A DNA stretch of 64,000 bases from Candidatus Iainarchaeum sp. (GCA_017610175.1 JAFCCO010000002.1:43319-107318); one strand, 5' to 3'. Positions 1 to 10,631 are shown, numbered from the stretch's first letter. Translations and numbers: made by a program. Notes: generated from the letters alone by a model not told the origin.

Positions 1-40
1 AAGGGTTATTGCAACATATCTCTTCTTTGTTTTGAAATAC

Positions 41-95
41 GTTTCAGTTTGTTTCATGTTTCATCACGTTTCAAGGGGCTTTATTAGTGGTTTCA
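41..95. promoter_or_regulatory. Cluster of five GTTTCA hexamers (at 41, 51, 58, 68, 90; two pairs spaced 10 bp) upstream of the ABC operon; candidate transcription-factor binding array
   Basis: Read directly: acgtttcagtttgtttcatgtttcatcacgtttcaagg...ggtttcac. AT-rich TATA-like boxes follow at about 111-172. Confidence 0.3.
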
Positions 96-187
96 CTCTG
101 TTACACTAAAGATTATTAATGGTTGCGAATTAATATAAATTGCTCGCAAAAGTTGGCTGGCGCTAAATATAACTTTAGAAACGGAAT

Positions 188-913
188 TTGGAAATGGTTT
201 GCATGGCAAAAACGGTTTTGGAGGTCCAGGGCATTTGGAAGGTATACCAAATGGATTCAATTGAGGTTCCCGCGTTAAGGGGGCTAAGCCTTAAGATTAA
301 GGAGGGTGAATTTGTAGCCATTGTTGGCGCTTCTGGTTCGGGAAAATCAACGGTTTTAAACATCATTGGGGCATTGGATGTTCCGACGAAAGGGCTTGTT
401 TTTTTGAACGGAATCGAAATCACAAAACTTTCCGAATCAAAGCTTGCCAGGTTAAGGGGTAAAACAATCGGTTTTGTTTTTCAAACATTTAATTTGTACC
501 CCACCCTTAACGTGTTTGACAACATTGCCCTGCCAATGAAAATTCATGAATTTGACCCTGTCAAAATTGAGAAAAAGGTCAACGGCTTGGCAAAGCTTGT
601 CGGGCTGGAGCACAGGGTAAACCATTTGCCTGCGCAGCTTTCAGGTGGTGAACGGCAGAGGGTTGCGCTTGCAAGGGCACTTTCAGCCGAACCAGCCCTT
701 ATACTTGCAGATGAGCCAACTGGCAATCTTGACACAAAAACAAGCAGGGAAATAATGGGCTTGCTGGCTGATTTGCACAAAAAACAGGGAAAAACAATTA
801 TTCTTGTAACACACGAACCCAGCCTTGCGCAATATGCCGGGCGAATAATTGAATTGAGGGACGGCAAAATTTTGTACGACAAGAAAAACAAGAAAAAGGG
901 CAATGTCCTGTAG
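188..913 (+). CDS. ABC transporter ATP-binding protein (MacB/LolD-like)
   Basis: Walker A GASGSGKST, ABC signature LSGGERQRVALARAL, Walker B ILADEPT, H-loop VTHEP. The start is more likely the ATG at 203 (MAKTVLEV...). Confidence 0.9.
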   Translation: MEMVCMAKTVLEVQGIWKVYQMDSIEVPALRGLSLKIKEGEFVAIVGASGSGKSTVLNIIGALDVPTKGLVFLNGIEITKLSESKLARLRGKTIGFVFQTFNLYPTLNVFDNIALPMKIHEFDPVKIEKKVNGLAKLVGLEHRVNHLPAQLSGGERQRVALARALSAEPALILADEPTGNLDTKTSREIMGLLADLHKKQGKTIILVTHEPSLAQYAGRIIELRDGKILYDKKNKKKGNVL

Positions 914-919
914 GAGGAA

Positions 920-2392
920 ATGAAAATGGAGAAAAAATTAATTATTTCAATTTTGGCGGTTTTTGCAGTGCTTGGTGCATTGCAGCCAGCATATGCGGTC
1001 ACAGATGCTGCATATTTGCTTAAGGTTGAGAGCACAAGCTTTTTGCCTGAAACAATGTATGCAGGGGACGTTGCAAGCCTGGCTGTTAATGTTAAAAATG
1101 TTGGAAGCTCCCTGTCAGTCATCGGGCTGGAGGGGACCCTTGACATTGGGGACCAGTTCGAGCAAATTGAATTGAAGGACACAATTCCTGTAATTGCAAA
1201 AAATACAAGTAAAACGCTTGTGTTTAGGTTTAGGGTAAAAGAAAACACTTTTCCAGGATACTACCCCGCATTTTTGACAACAACCTATCTGAGGGAAGGG
1301 ACAAATTTGAGCATCACGGAAACGCAAAGCATTACAATTCCTGTTTCAAAAACAGAGAAAAACCTTGACATTACTCTTTCCCCAACAGTAATTAATCCGG
1401 GAACCCAAACAGATGTTGTTTTTTCCATTGAAAACGTTGGAGGGACTCCTGCGTCAAACATCTTGTTTTTGTGGGGTGAGGAAAACAATTTAATCCTGCC
1501 TGTTGGTTCTGACAACAAGAGATATATTTCAATTATTCAGCCACACGAACAGGTGGAAATTTTGTACTCTGTTGCAGCAGACCCAAATATTGCAACAGGA
1601 ATATACCCGCTTAATCTGACAACAACTTTTACTGATGTTAACGGAACAAAAACCCAAACATCCCAAGTGGGGTTAATTGTTGGGGGCAAAACGGATTTTG
1701 AGATAAGTGCTGAAGTGCTCAACACCGGGCAGGTATCTGTCAGCATAGCAAACATTGGCTCAAACGACGCAGGTGCCGTTGTGGTAAGGATTCCGAACAG
1801 GGCGGGGGTTAGAGTGAACGGAAGCAGTACTGCAATACTTGGAAACCTGAACAAAGGGGACTTTACCATGGCAAACTTCCAAATAAGTTCCCTGGGTTAC
1901 GCCAAAGAACCAGTGTCCAAACTTAAGGAAACAACGCAACCAAAAAGCAATGAAACGCTGCAGCCGCGAAGCAAGGGAACCTTTGAAAAATCCGAAACAT
2001 CCAATGTGCTGACTGTGGAAATTGACTACACAGACACCACAGGTGAAAGACAAAGTGTTGAAAAAACAGTGCAGTTGGCTTTTGACACAAGTGAACTATT
2101 GTCCGGAAGCAAATTGATTGGTGAAGCTGCATACGATAAATTCAGGCAAAAAACAAATCCCTTTGCATTGGCTCCGTGGGTTTTGCTTGTTTTGCTTGCT
2201 GGCGGTGCAGTGGCATTCAACAAATTTAAAGCCGGAAACAAGGCCCTGAAAGAGCTTGCAAAGCCGGTTGCGGTTGTAGGTGTTTTGTTCCTTGCAGTGA
2301 TTTACATGTTCGGGTCGGATTTGATGGCTACGGCTGTTGCGGCAATAATTTCAACGGCATTGCTTTTATGGTTTTTTAAAGGGAAAAAGTGA
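920..2392 (+). CDS. Secreted, membrane-anchored protein of the ABC export operon (signal peptide plus C-terminal TM helices; beta-rich repeats)
   Basis: N-terminal signal peptide MKMEKKLIISILAVFAVLGALQPAYA; two hydrophobic helices at the C-terminus; GGAGG 8 nt upstream of the ATG at 926; sits between the ATPase and the permease. Confidence 0.55.
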   Translation: MKMEKKLIISILAVFAVLGALQPAYAVTDAAYLLKVESTSFLPETMYAGDVASLAVNVKNVGSSLSVIGLEGTLDIGDQFEQIELKDTIPVIAKNTSKTLVFRFRVKENTFPGYYPAFLTTTYLREGTNLSITETQSITIPVSKTEKNLDITLSPTVINPGTQTDVVFSIENVGGTPASNILFLWGEENNLILPVGSDNKRYISIIQPHEQVEILYSVAADPNIATGIYPLNLTTTFTDVNGTKTQTSQVGLIVGGKTDFEISAEVLNTGQVSVSIANIGSNDAGAVVVRIPNRAGVRVNGSSTAILGNLNKGDFTMANFQISSLGYAKEPVSKLKETTQPKSNETLQPRSKGTFEKSETSNVLTVEIDYTDTTGERQSVEKTVQLAFDTSELLSGSKLIGEAAYDKFRQKTNPFALAPWVLLVLLAGGAVAFNKFKAGNKALKELAKPVAVVGVLFLAVIYMFGSDLMATAVAAIISTALLLWFFKGKK

Positions 2393-2399
2393 CCAAACC

Positions 2400-3671
2400 A
2401 TGAGATTAAGTGACTCCATTAAGTTGTCAGCAAACAATATTCTGCACAGGAAGTTGAGAAGCTGGCTCACATTGCTTGGCATTATAATAGGTGTCGCGGC
2501 AGTGGTCTCAATTATTTCAATAGGGGAAGGCGCGCAAGCAAGTGTGAGTGAAAAGCTTTCAGGCTTTGGGGCAGACGTAATTACTGTCAGCCCGGGCTTC
2601 AGCAAGGCCAGTGCGTTTGCTGGATTTAAGCGGATTGGCAAAAAAATTGGCAACAGCGATGCATCCGGTGATGGGGACGAACCGACTTTGACAAGGATAG
2701 ACTCGATTGTACTTGCAGGAAACCCAAACGTTTTCCAAGTTTCCGAAACAGTTTCTGGCAGGGGCAATCTTGTATTCATTGCGGAAGAAAATTCTGTTGA
2801 CATTCAAGGGATAAATCCGCTTGGTTGGCGTGAGACTTCCAATGCCGAGCTGGCTTCAGGCAGGCATTTGACGCCAAGCGATTCAACTGTGGTTGTAATC
2901 GGGGACAGAATTGCCAACAGCATGTTTAGGCAACCAATTACTTTGGGGCGAAGGGTTGTAATTGAAGAGAAGCCGTTTACTGTGGTTGGGATACTTAAAC
3001 CATCCGGAGGCGGCGGGTTTGGCGGAAACGATTCAACCGTTTACATGTCCCTTGCAAGTGCATGGGATGTAACAGACGTTGAAAAAAACACCTTTTCTCT
3101 GATTGAAGTAAAAGTGGTTGACACCGAATTTATTGAGGAAACAGTTGAAGAGCTCACCCAAGCGTTAATGCTTTCAAGAAAGGTAACTGAAGCAAACCAA
3201 AATTTCAGCATGGTTTCTGCGCAGGCGATTCAGGAGCAGGTCAGTTCTGTGGCCGAAACACTCACCCTGTTTTTGGGGGCAATTGCAGCAGTTTCACTGC
3301 TTGTTGGCGCGGTTGGAGTGGCAAACAGCATGTTTACATCGGTTCTTGAGCAAACAAAGGAGATTGGAATACTGAAAGCCCTTGGTTCAACAAACAACGA
3401 AATTATGTGCATTTTTATGATTGAATCAGGGTTGTTTGGGCTGGCAGGGGGCACAATTGGGGTGCTTTTTGGAACCGCCATATCTATCGGCCTTTCTGAG
3501 CTGGAGATAATTTCAATTCCCATGCTTAAAGGGGGCACAACAACCATTGTAACCCCCCAGCTGGTTATTATTGCAATTGTGCTGTCCACAGTTATTGGAA
3601 TAGTTGCAGGGGCAATGCCTGCACGAGCGGCATCAAAGCTAAAGCCGGTTGAAGCCCTGCGGTATGAATGA
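2400..3671 (+). CDS. ABC transporter permease, FtsX/MacB family
   Basis: N-terminal TM helix, large periplasmic domain, and a C-terminal FtsX-like four-helix bundle (LKALGSTNNEIMCIFMIESGLFGLAGG). Confidence 0.85.
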   Translation: MRLSDSIKLSANNILHRKLRSWLTLLGIIIGVAAVVSIISIGEGAQASVSEKLSGFGADVITVSPGFSKASAFAGFKRIGKKIGNSDASGDGDEPTLTRIDSIVLAGNPNVFQVSETVSGRGNLVFIAEENSVDIQGINPLGWRETSNAELASGRHLTPSDSTVVVIGDRIANSMFRQPITLGRRVVIEEKPFTVVGILKPSGGGGFGGNDSTVYMSLASAWDVTDVEKNTFSLIEVKVVDTEFIEETVEELTQALMLSRKVTEANQNFSMVSAQAIQEQVSSVAETLTLFLGAIAAVSLLVGAVGVANSMFTSVLEQTKEIGILKALGSTNNEIMCIFMIESGLFGLAGGTIGVLFGTAISIGLSELEIISIPMLKGGTTTIVTPQLVIIAIVLSTVIGIVAGAMPARAASKLKPVEALRYE

Positions 3672-3876
3672 CTGTTTGAAGCCAAGCCAGCGCCTGCCGA
3701 TAGCTTTAAATAGATTGCTTGCACCAATTTTATTTGATGACCTCAAAAGGCGATTCACTTTGGCTTCAATAAGGCCTTACCTGATTTAACTAGCCTTTTG
3801 AATGCAAATTCTAACCTAATTCAGCCATGGCTCTGGGCCTGGTTCACGCCGTAGGGCAAAGCATTGGAAAAAAGTT

Positions 3877-3949
3877 GGGGTTATAGCATAACCTGGTAGT
3901 GCAGGCGGCTCCAGACCGTCGGATCAGGGTCCGAATCCCTGTAACCCCA
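3877..3949 (+). tRNA. tRNA-Trp (anticodon CCA), no intron, CCA not encoded
   Basis: Hand-folded cloverleaf: acceptor GGGGTTA/TAACCCC, D-stem GCAT/GTGC, anticodon stem GGCGG/CCGTC with loop CUCCAGA, T-stem CAGGG/CCCTG. The T-loop is TCCGAAT, with C at position 55, which is unusual. A T-rich tract follows. Confidence 0.7.
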
Positions 3950-4033
3950 CTAATTTTTTCTTTTCAAAAAAGAAAAAAATTAACCAAAAGAAAACTAAAA
4001 TGAAAACTGAAAACAGAACCCAGTGAACAAACG

Positions 4034-5632
4034 ATGATTTCAGAAAAGGAACTCGGAAAGTTTGGAAAGGGAACAATTGTTCCAATAGTAAAGGAAATAA
4101 GTAGCGGCCAGCATGCCCTAGACTTCTTTGCAAAGCTTTCAGATTACGGCAGGCAGAAAAACTCAATTCTCCTTGAGTCGGCCGATGTAATGAAGAAGTA
4201 CGGTGAAAAAAGCATCGGTTCAGCAGACCCATGCCTCAAAGTGCAGGGGACGGGGTCCGAATTTGAAATTGCCGCGCTAAATTCGCTTGGGGAAAACTTT
4301 CTTGAATTCATTAAGCCAGGCCTTGGTTTTGTAAAGGACATTGAATTCTCAAAGGACTCAATCAAGGGAACGCTCTCGGTTGCTGCCGGAAACGTAAGCG
4401 AGGAAGAAAGGCTCAGGCTCAAAACACACGCAGACATTCTTCGCGCAATCTCCTTCGCATTCAAGCCAAGCCAGAAGCCGTTTACCCCATACTCCGGCTT
4501 GTTTGGTGCAATCTCCTATGATTTCATTGACCAGTTTGAAAAGCTTCCCGCAAACAGGCAGGACAAGCTAAACGACCCGGATTATGAATTGCTTTTTCTC
4601 GACAACCTTTTCCACGTGGACCACGAAAAGCAAAAGTATTCCTTTGTTGCGAACGCGCTTCTCACAACCGATGATACCGGACCTGTTTATGAAAAATGCC
4701 TGAAGAGAATTGATGCGATGGAGAAAATCCTCTCCAAGGAAATTCCTGAAAGCAAAAAGGTTTCGAAGAAGGTTGAGATTCAAACAGACGTTTCGGACAA
4801 GGAGTACGCTGAAATAGTTGAAAAAATGAAGGAACACATTACTGCAGGGGACGTTTTCCAGATTGTTCCAAGCAGAACATTTTCTACAAAGGTGTCTGCA
4901 GAGCCGCTTGACATTTACTCAAAGCTTCGCGAGCTAAATCCCTCACCCTACATGTTTTATTTCAGGAATCAGTTGGGTATATTGCTTGGAAGCAGCCCTG
5001 AAACATTTCTCAAGGTAGAGGGTGGGAAAGAGAAAACGATTGAAATCAGACCGATTGCGGGAACGCGCAGGCGCGGCATTGTAAACGGAAAAATTGACGA
5101 GAAGCTTGACTTGGAGCTGGAAAAAGAGCTTCGCGCCGATGAAAAGGAGCTTGCAGAGCACACAATGCTTGTTGACCTTGCAAGAAACGACGTTGCGCGC
5201 GTTTCAAAGCCGGGAACAAGGCATGTGGACAAGCTGCATATTGTTGAGAGATACAGCCATGTAATGCACTTGGTGAGCAGTGTGCACGGGACACTCAAGC
5301 CCGAGCTTGACGCTTTGCATGCATACCTTGCCTCAATGAATATGGGAACCCTTACCGGCGCACCAAAGATTAAGGCAATGGAGCTCTTAAGAAAATACGA
5401 AAAGAACAAGCGCGGCTTTTACGGCGGGTCGGTTGGGTACTTTACGCCAAGCGGCGACTTTGACTCCTGCATTGTAATCAGAAGCATGCGCATCAAAAAG
5501 GGTGAAGCATTCATTCGCGCGGGCGCCGGAATTGTTTTTGATTCAGTTCCCAAAAAAGAGGCTGCTGAAACAACCGCAAAGGCACAATCCTGCATTTCAG
5601 CAATTAAGAAGGCACAGGGGGACTTCGAGTGA
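4034..5632 (+). CDS. trpE: Anthranilate synthase component I
   Basis: Chorismate-binding enzyme motifs (LLESAD..., GAGIVFDS); 532 aa; first gene of the trp operon. Confidence 0.95.
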   Translation: MISEKELGKFGKGTIVPIVKEISSGQHALDFFAKLSDYGRQKNSILLESADVMKKYGEKSIGSADPCLKVQGTGSEFEIAALNSLGENFLEFIKPGLGFVKDIEFSKDSIKGTLSVAAGNVSEEERLRLKTHADILRAISFAFKPSQKPFTPYSGLFGAISYDFIDQFEKLPANRQDKLNDPDYELLFLDNLFHVDHEKQKYSFVANALLTTDDTGPVYEKCLKRIDAMEKILSKEIPESKKVSKKVEIQTDVSDKEYAEIVEKMKEHITAGDVFQIVPSRTFSTKVSAEPLDIYSKLRELNPSPYMFYFRNQLGILLGSSPETFLKVEGGKEKTIEIRPIAGTRRRGIVNGKIDEKLDLELEKELRADEKELAEHTMLVDLARNDVARVSKPGTRHVDKLHIVERYSHVMHLVSSVHGTLKPELDALHAYLASMNMGTLTGAPKIKAMELLRKYEKNKRGFYGGSVGYFTPSGDFDSCIVIRSMRIKKGEAFIRAGAGIVFDSVPKKEAAETTAKAQSCISAIKKAQGDFE

Positions 5633-6210
5633 ACGTTTTATTCATTGACAACTTTGATTCATTCACCTACAACCTTGTGGACGAGTTTGCAAAACGCGGC
5701 TGTGAGGTCCGGGTTTACAGGAACGACGCTCCGCTTGAGAAAATTGAGCAGGTTGTTTTGGAATTTAACCCGGCTCTTATAGTGATAAGCCCCGGTCCGT
5801 CAACTCCAAAGGATGCGGGGGTCTCAATTTCCGCAATAAAGGAGTTTGCGGGAAAAGTTCCGATTTTTGGAATCTGCCTGGGGCACCAGTGCATTGTTGA
5901 GGCATTTGAGGGGGAGGTAGGGCAGGCGCCTGAAATAGTGCATGGAAAGCCGTCCCAAATCAAGCACGACGGCAAAACAATCTTCAAAAACATTGAAAAC
6001 CCGTTTCAGGCAGGCCGTTACCACTCTCTGACAGGTTTAAATATTCCTTCGTGCCTTGAAGTTAGTGCAAAGGCAAACGATGTGGTTATGGGCGTAAGGC
6101 ATCGCAAGCAATTCATTGAGGGAGTTCAATTCCACCCGGAAAGCATTCTTACAAGGGAAGGCGGGAAAATTATTGAAAATTTAATTAAATTGTGCGGGAA
6201 CAAAAAATGA
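5629..6210 (+). CDS. trpG: Anthranilate synthase component II (class I glutamine amidotransferase)
   Basis: GATase motifs GICLGHQ and HPES; overlaps the trpE stop by 4 nt. Confidence 0.93.
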   Translation: MNVLFIDNFDSFTYNLVDEFAKRGCEVRVYRNDAPLEKIEQVVLEFNPALIVISPGPSTPKDAGVSISAIKEFAGKVPIFGICLGHQCIVEAFEGEVGQAPEIVHGKPSQIKHDGKTIFKNIENPFQAGRYHSLTGLNIPSCLEVSAKANDVVMGVRHRKQFIEGVQFHPESILTREGGKIIENLIKLCGNKK

Positions 6211-7223
6211 TTGGGCAATTTGTTGAAAAGGCTTCAAAAGGGGAAAACCTTTCAAGGAAAGAGGCAAGGGAGGCATTTGACCTCATAATGGCCGGAAAGG
6301 TTGAAACACCTGAAATTAAGGAACTGCTTATTGCACTGCGCGACAAGGGCGAAACAATTGATGAGATAAGCGGTGCAGCCGAAAGCATGAAAGATGTTGT
6401 TGCAAACGTTTCCCCAAAAACAGACAAGCCATTGCTTGACATTGTTGGAACAGGCGGCGACTGCAAGAGCACAATCAATGTAAGCACAGCGTCAGCCTTT
6501 GTTGCCGCAGGGGCAGGATGCATTGTTGCAAAGCACGGAAACAGGAGTGTTTCCAGCAAATGCGGCTCTGCTGATGTTCTTGAAAAGCTGGGCGTAAAGC
6601 TTGAGTGCGGCAACGAGAAAAACACGCGGATGATTGAAAAGATTGGCATTGCTTTTTTGTTCGCGCCATGCCACCACCCTGCAATGAAATTTGCAATTCC
6701 TGCGCGAAAGGAAATCGGGACAAGGACAATTTTCAACATTTTAGGGCCGCTCACAAATCCAGCAAATGCACAAACTTTCTTGCTCGGGATATTCTCTCTT
6801 GAGCTGGCGGAGAATCTTGCAGGCGTTCTGGCCAATCTAAAAATAGGGCACGCGCTTGTTGTGCACGGCAACGACGGCTTTGACGAGATTTCGGTCAGCG
6901 ATGCGACAACGGTTTTTGAGGTAAAGGGCGGAAAGATTGAACGCTATGAAATTTCACCTGAACAGTTTGGGTTTCAGCGTGCAAACGAGAGGGATATAAA
7001 GGTGTCAAGCATTGAGGAAAATGCAACCGTTCTGAAGGCAATTCTTTCAGGGAAGGAAAAGGACGCAAAGCGGGACATCGTTGTTTTTAATGCGGGTGCG
7101 GCAATCTACGTAAACAATCTTGCTTCAAGCATTGGAGAGGGAATTGAAAAGGCCAGGCAAAGCATTGATTCGGGCTCGGCGCTTAAAAAACTTGAACAGC
7201 TTGTAGAGGAGAGCGGCAAATGA
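6192..7223 (+). CDS. trpD: Anthranilate phosphoribosyltransferase
   Basis: GTGGD motif and the NILGPLTNPA region. Confidence 0.93.
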   Translation: MREQKMIGQFVEKASKGENLSRKEAREAFDLIMAGKVETPEIKELLIALRDKGETIDEISGAAESMKDVVANVSPKTDKPLLDIVGTGGDCKSTINVSTASAFVAAGAGCIVAKHGNRSVSSKCGSADVLEKLGVKLECGNEKNTRMIEKIGIAFLFAPCHHPAMKFAIPARKEIGTRTIFNILGPLTNPANAQTFLLGIFSLELAENLAGVLANLKIGHALVVHGNDGFDEISVSDATTVFEVKGGKIERYEISPEQFGFQRANERDIKVSSIEENATVLKAILSGKEKDAKRDIVVFNAGAAIYVNNLASSIGEGIEKARQSIDSGSALKKLEQLVEESGK

Positions 7224-7996
7224 AGGGATTATTGCGCGACATTGTTGCCGCGAAAAAGATTGAAGTCAAGGCTAAGAGGAAAGAGGTTCCCTTGAACGAG
7301 CTTGAGCCAAGTGTAAAGCCGGCCGAACACGGTTTCAGGCAGGCGCTTGAATCAAAGAAGCATGCAATAAACCTCATTGCCGAACTGAAAAAGGCCTCTC
7401 CCTTGTCGGGCGTTCTTCGTGAGGACTTTGATGTAAAGAAAATCGCGTCAATTTATAACAGGCATGCACAGGCAATTTCGGTTATTACCGATGAAAAGTT
7501 TTTCCAGGGAAAAGCAGAGTACATCAAGCAGGTAAAAGAGGTTTCTTCACTCCCTGTTCTGCGAAAGGACTTTGTGATTGACGAATACCAGCTTTACGAA
7601 AGCCTTGCAATGGGGGCAGATGCGGTTTTGCTTATTGCGTCAATTGTTTCAAAGCAAAAGCTCCAGAAAATGATGCGTCTTGCAAAAGAAATTGGAATTC
7701 AGGCCCTTGTGGAGGTTCACTCCAGCCAGGATTTTGAGCGCGCGTTCTCGCACGACCTTGAAATAATTGGGGTAAACAACCGCGACCTTGAAACAATGAA
7801 AATAAGCCTTAATTCGTTTGAGAGAATTAGGCAGCTCATTCCGGAGGATCGGGTAATTGTTGCGGAGTCAGGCTACTCCACAAAACAGCACATTGACTCA
7901 ATTAAGGGAAAGGCCGATGCTGTTCTGATGGGCTCGGTTTTAATGAAGGCAGAGGATATTGATGCAAAACTTGAGGAGCTTGGTTTCGTTGGTTGA
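7220..7996 (+). CDS. trpC: Indole-3-glycerol phosphate synthase
   Basis: IGPS TIM-barrel motifs (IAELKKASP, LRKDF, IGVNNRDL). Confidence 0.9.
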   Translation: MKGLLRDIVAAKKIEVKAKRKEVPLNELEPSVKPAEHGFRQALESKKHAINLIAELKKASPLSGVLREDFDVKKIASIYNRHAQAISVITDEKFFQGKAEYIKQVKEVSSLPVLRKDFVIDEYQLYESLAMGADAVLLIASIVSKQKLQKMMRLAKEIGIQALVEVHSSQDFERAFSHDLEIIGVNNRDLETMKISLNSFERIRQLIPEDRVIVAESGYSTKQHIDSIKGKADAVLMGSVLMKAEDIDAKLEELGFVG

Positions 7997-8600
7997 GATA
8001 AAATTCTGCGGGTTCACCGATGAGAAAGACGCCCTTCAGGCCTGCTCCCTTGGGATAGACTTTATAGGGTTTAATTTTGTTAAGGAAAGCAAGCGCTTTG
8101 TTTCCCCCGAAAAAGCAAAGGAAATCATTTCCGCACTTCCTGAGCGGGTGAAAAAGGTGGGCGTTTTTGCGGACGAGCCGGTTCAGCGCGTTAACTTCAT
8201 CAAGCGATACTGCGGCCTTGACATGCTTCAGTTCCACGGTTTTGAAACACCTGAGTACTGCTCGCAGTTTAGGAATTATATTAAGGCTTTCAGGGTAAAG
8301 GATGCCGATTCGCTTGAGGCAGTCTCAAAATATGGCACAGAGTACGTTCTTCTGGACACTTTTGTGGAGGACAAGCTTGGCGGGACAGGAAAGAGATTTA
8401 ATTGGGCCATTGCAAAAGAGGTTTTGGATAAAAAGGTTTTTTTAGCTGGTGGTCTTAATTATAATAATGTAGCGCAGGCAATTGAGGAATCAAAACCCTT
8501 TGCGGTTGATGTTGCCTCGGGAATTGAGAGCGCTGCAGGCAGAAAGGACTTGGATTTGATGAGAAAATTTGTTGAGGCGGTGAAGGGCATTGAAGCATAG
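7959..8600 (+). CDS. trpF: Phosphoribosylanthranilate isomerase
   Basis: PRAI fold (KFCGFT..., LAGGL); overlaps the trpC 3' end. Confidence 0.85.
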   Translation: MMQNLRSLVSLVEIKFCGFTDEKDALQACSLGIDFIGFNFVKESKRFVSPEKAKEIISALPERVKKVGVFADEPVQRVNFIKRYCGLDMLQFHGFETPEYCSQFRNYIKAFRVKDADSLEAVSKYGTEYVLLDTFVEDKLGGTGKRFNWAIAKEVLDKKVFLAGGLNYNNVAQAIEESKPFAVDVASGIESAAGRKDLDLMRKFVEAVKGIEA

Positions 8601-9777
8601 CGGAAAATTTGGCGAGTATGGCGGAATATTTATTCCCGAAACACTCATGCCCGCGCTTGAAGAGCTTGAAACCGCATTTTACGAAAGCAAAAAAGACGGC
8701 GCTTTTAAAAAGGAATTTGACCATCTTCTCAAAACATTTGTGGGCAGGCCAACAGCGCTTACTTTTGCGGAAACACTCAGCAAAAAGCTCGGTTGCAGGG
8801 TTTATTTGAAGCGAGAGGACCTTGCGCACACCGGGGCGCACAAGATTAACAACGCCCTTGGCCAGGCACTTCTTGCAAAGAAAATGGGAAAGAAAAGAAT
8901 TATTGCCGAAACAGGGGCGGGCCAGCATGGCACTGCAACTGCAATTGCCGCAGCAAAGCTTGGTTTTGAGTGTGATGTTTATATGGGCGAAGTTGATATT
9001 GAAAGGCAGAAGCCAAACGTTTTTAGGATGAAGCTTGCGGGGGCGGGCGTTCTGCCTGTTTCAAGCGGAAGCCGCACACTAAAGGATGCGATAAATGAGG
9101 CGCTTAGGGACTGGACTGCTTCATGCGAGGACACATATTACCTGCTTGGCTCCGTTCTCGGACCGCATCCCTATCCTGAGATGGTTGCACATTTTCAAAG
9201 CGTAATCGGGCAGGAGGCAAGAAAGCAGATTCTTGAGGCTGAGGGAAAGCTTCCAAAAACAATTATTGCCTGCGTTGGCGGGGGAAGCAATGCAATAGGA
9301 ATTTTTAAGGAATTTATTCAGGACAAAGATGTTGAATTGATTGGTGTTGAAGCAGGCGGCCTTGGGATTAAGGGTGGAAAGCATGCGGCGCGGTTTGCCG
9401 ACCCAAAGCTTGGGCGGAAGGGTGTGCTGCATGGCACCTTAACCTATGTGCTGCAGGACAAGTTTGGGCAGATTTACAACACACACAGTGTTTCAGCAGG
9501 CCTTGATTACAGCGCGGTTGGCCCTGAACACAGCATGCTTCGCGATATGGGTCGGGCAAAGTATACCTATGCGACAGATTCAGAAGCCCTGGCGGCATTC
9601 AAACTTTTAAGCGAGGTTGAGGGGATTATTCCTGCCCTTGAGTCATCGCATGCGGTGGCGCACTTGTTAAAGTATGCCAAGCACTGCAAAAAGGACGATG
9701 TGGTAATAGTTAACATTAGCGGCCGCGGGGACAAGGACATTTTCCACGTTGCAGACCAGTTGGGTGAGAAGATTTGA
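8590..9777 (+). CDS. trpB: Tryptophan synthase beta chain
   Basis: PLP enzyme motifs ([17 protein letters not shown]). Confidence 0.95.
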   Translation: MKHSGKFGEYGGIFIPETLMPALEELETAFYESKKDGAFKKEFDHLLKTFVGRPTALTFAETLSKKLGCRVYLKREDLAHTGAHKINNALGQALLAKKMGKKRIIAETGAGQHGTATAIAAAKLGFECDVYMGEVDIERQKPNVFRMKLAGAGVLPVSSGSRTLKDAINEALRDWTASCEDTYYLLGSVLGPHPYPEMVAHFQSVIGQEARKQILEAEGKLPKTIIACVGGGSNAIGIFKEFIQDKDVELIGVEAGGLGIKGGKHAARFADPKLGRKGVLHGTLTYVLQDKFGQIYNTHSVSAGLDYSAVGPEHSMLRDMGRAKYTYATDSEALAAFKLLSEVEGIIPALESSHAVAHLLKYAKHCKKDDVVIVNISGRGDKDIFHVADQLGEKI

Positions 9778-10595
9778 ACAGATTCGAGCGCATGTCTGCA
9801 AGGCTGAGGCCAAAGGGAGAGGGCGCATTAATGCCTTTTGTGGTTCTTGGCGACCCAAATTATGAGCAGTCGCTTGAGCTAATCAAAACACTTATTGACA
9901 ATGGAGCGGACGCGCTTGAGCTTGGTTTTCCGTTTTCCGACCCTATTGCGGACGGTTCAACCGTGCAGGAAGCGGACCAGAGAGCGCTTGCTTCCGGGAT
10001 GAACACGGACAAGTGCTTTTCTCTCTTAAAGGAAATAAGGGAATACAATTCTGATATTCCAATCGGGCTGCTTGTTTACTACAACCTTGTTTTTCAAAGG
10101 GGTTTGTCCAGCTTTTGCGGGGATGCAAAAAAGGCAGGTGTTGATGCCTTGCTTATAGCGGATATGCCTATTGAGGAGTCAAACGCAATTATGGGTGCGT
10201 CCTGGAAGCACGGGATTTCACAGGTTTTTCTGGTTGCTCCAACAACAGGCGATGCGAGAATAAAGCAGATTGCGTCCCTTTGCTCGGGCTATCTTTACAT
10301 TGTTTCCCGCTTGGGCGTTACGGGAGCAAGGGATTCGCTGCAGGTAAGCACACTTGAACTTGTTCAAAGGGTAAGAAAACACACTCAACTTCCTTTGATG
10401 GTTGGTTTTGGAATAAGCAAACCCATGCACATACATGATGTTATTGCGGCGGGAGCGGACGGCGCAATTGTTGGCTCCGCTTTAATTAAGATTGTTTCAA
10501 AAAATCTTGTTAATCGCCGAAAAATGCTCAAAGACGTTGCCTCATTCATTGCCGAACTCAAGAAGGCAACAGTTTCCAAACCGGGCAAAAACTAG
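9774..10595 (+). CDS. trpA: Tryptophan synthase alpha chain
   Basis: TrpA motifs ([19 protein letters not shown]). Confidence 0.93.
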   Translation: MNRFERMSARLRPKGEGALMPFVVLGDPNYEQSLELIKTLIDNGADALELGFPFSDPIADGSTVQEADQRALASGMNTDKCFSLLKEIREYNSDIPIGLLVYYNLVFQRGLSSFCGDAKKAGVDALLIADMPIEESNAIMGASWKHGISQVFLVAPTTGDARIKQIASLCSGYLYIVSRLGVTGARDSLQVSTLELVQRVRKHTQLPLMVGFGISKPMHIHDVIAAGADGAIVGSALIKIVSKNLVNRRKMLKDVASFIAELKKATVSKPGKN

Positions 10596-10631
10596 GTTTT
10601 TAAACTAACTCGCGGCTTAAATTATTACATC

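Noticed and set aside
544-1248. Antisense ORFs inside well-supported genes. Examples: 544..1248(-), 3230..3727(-), 15290..16757(+), 22390..23246(+), 24176..24811(+), 25477..26340(-), 26899..27822(-), 30878..31552(-), 36482..37210(+), 39353..40111(-), 56243..56836(+), 60816..61283(+), and many shorter ones.
   Set aside because: They overlap, on the opposite strand or in an alternate frame, genes with clear conserved motifs. Their composition is low-complexity (Ser/Ala/Pro/Leu-rich), which is typical of shadow ORFs.
3950-4033. A trp leader peptide or attenuator between tRNA-Trp and trpE.
   Set aside because: The only mini-ORF (MKTENRTQ) has no Trp codons, and no alternative terminator or antiterminator hairpins are evident.
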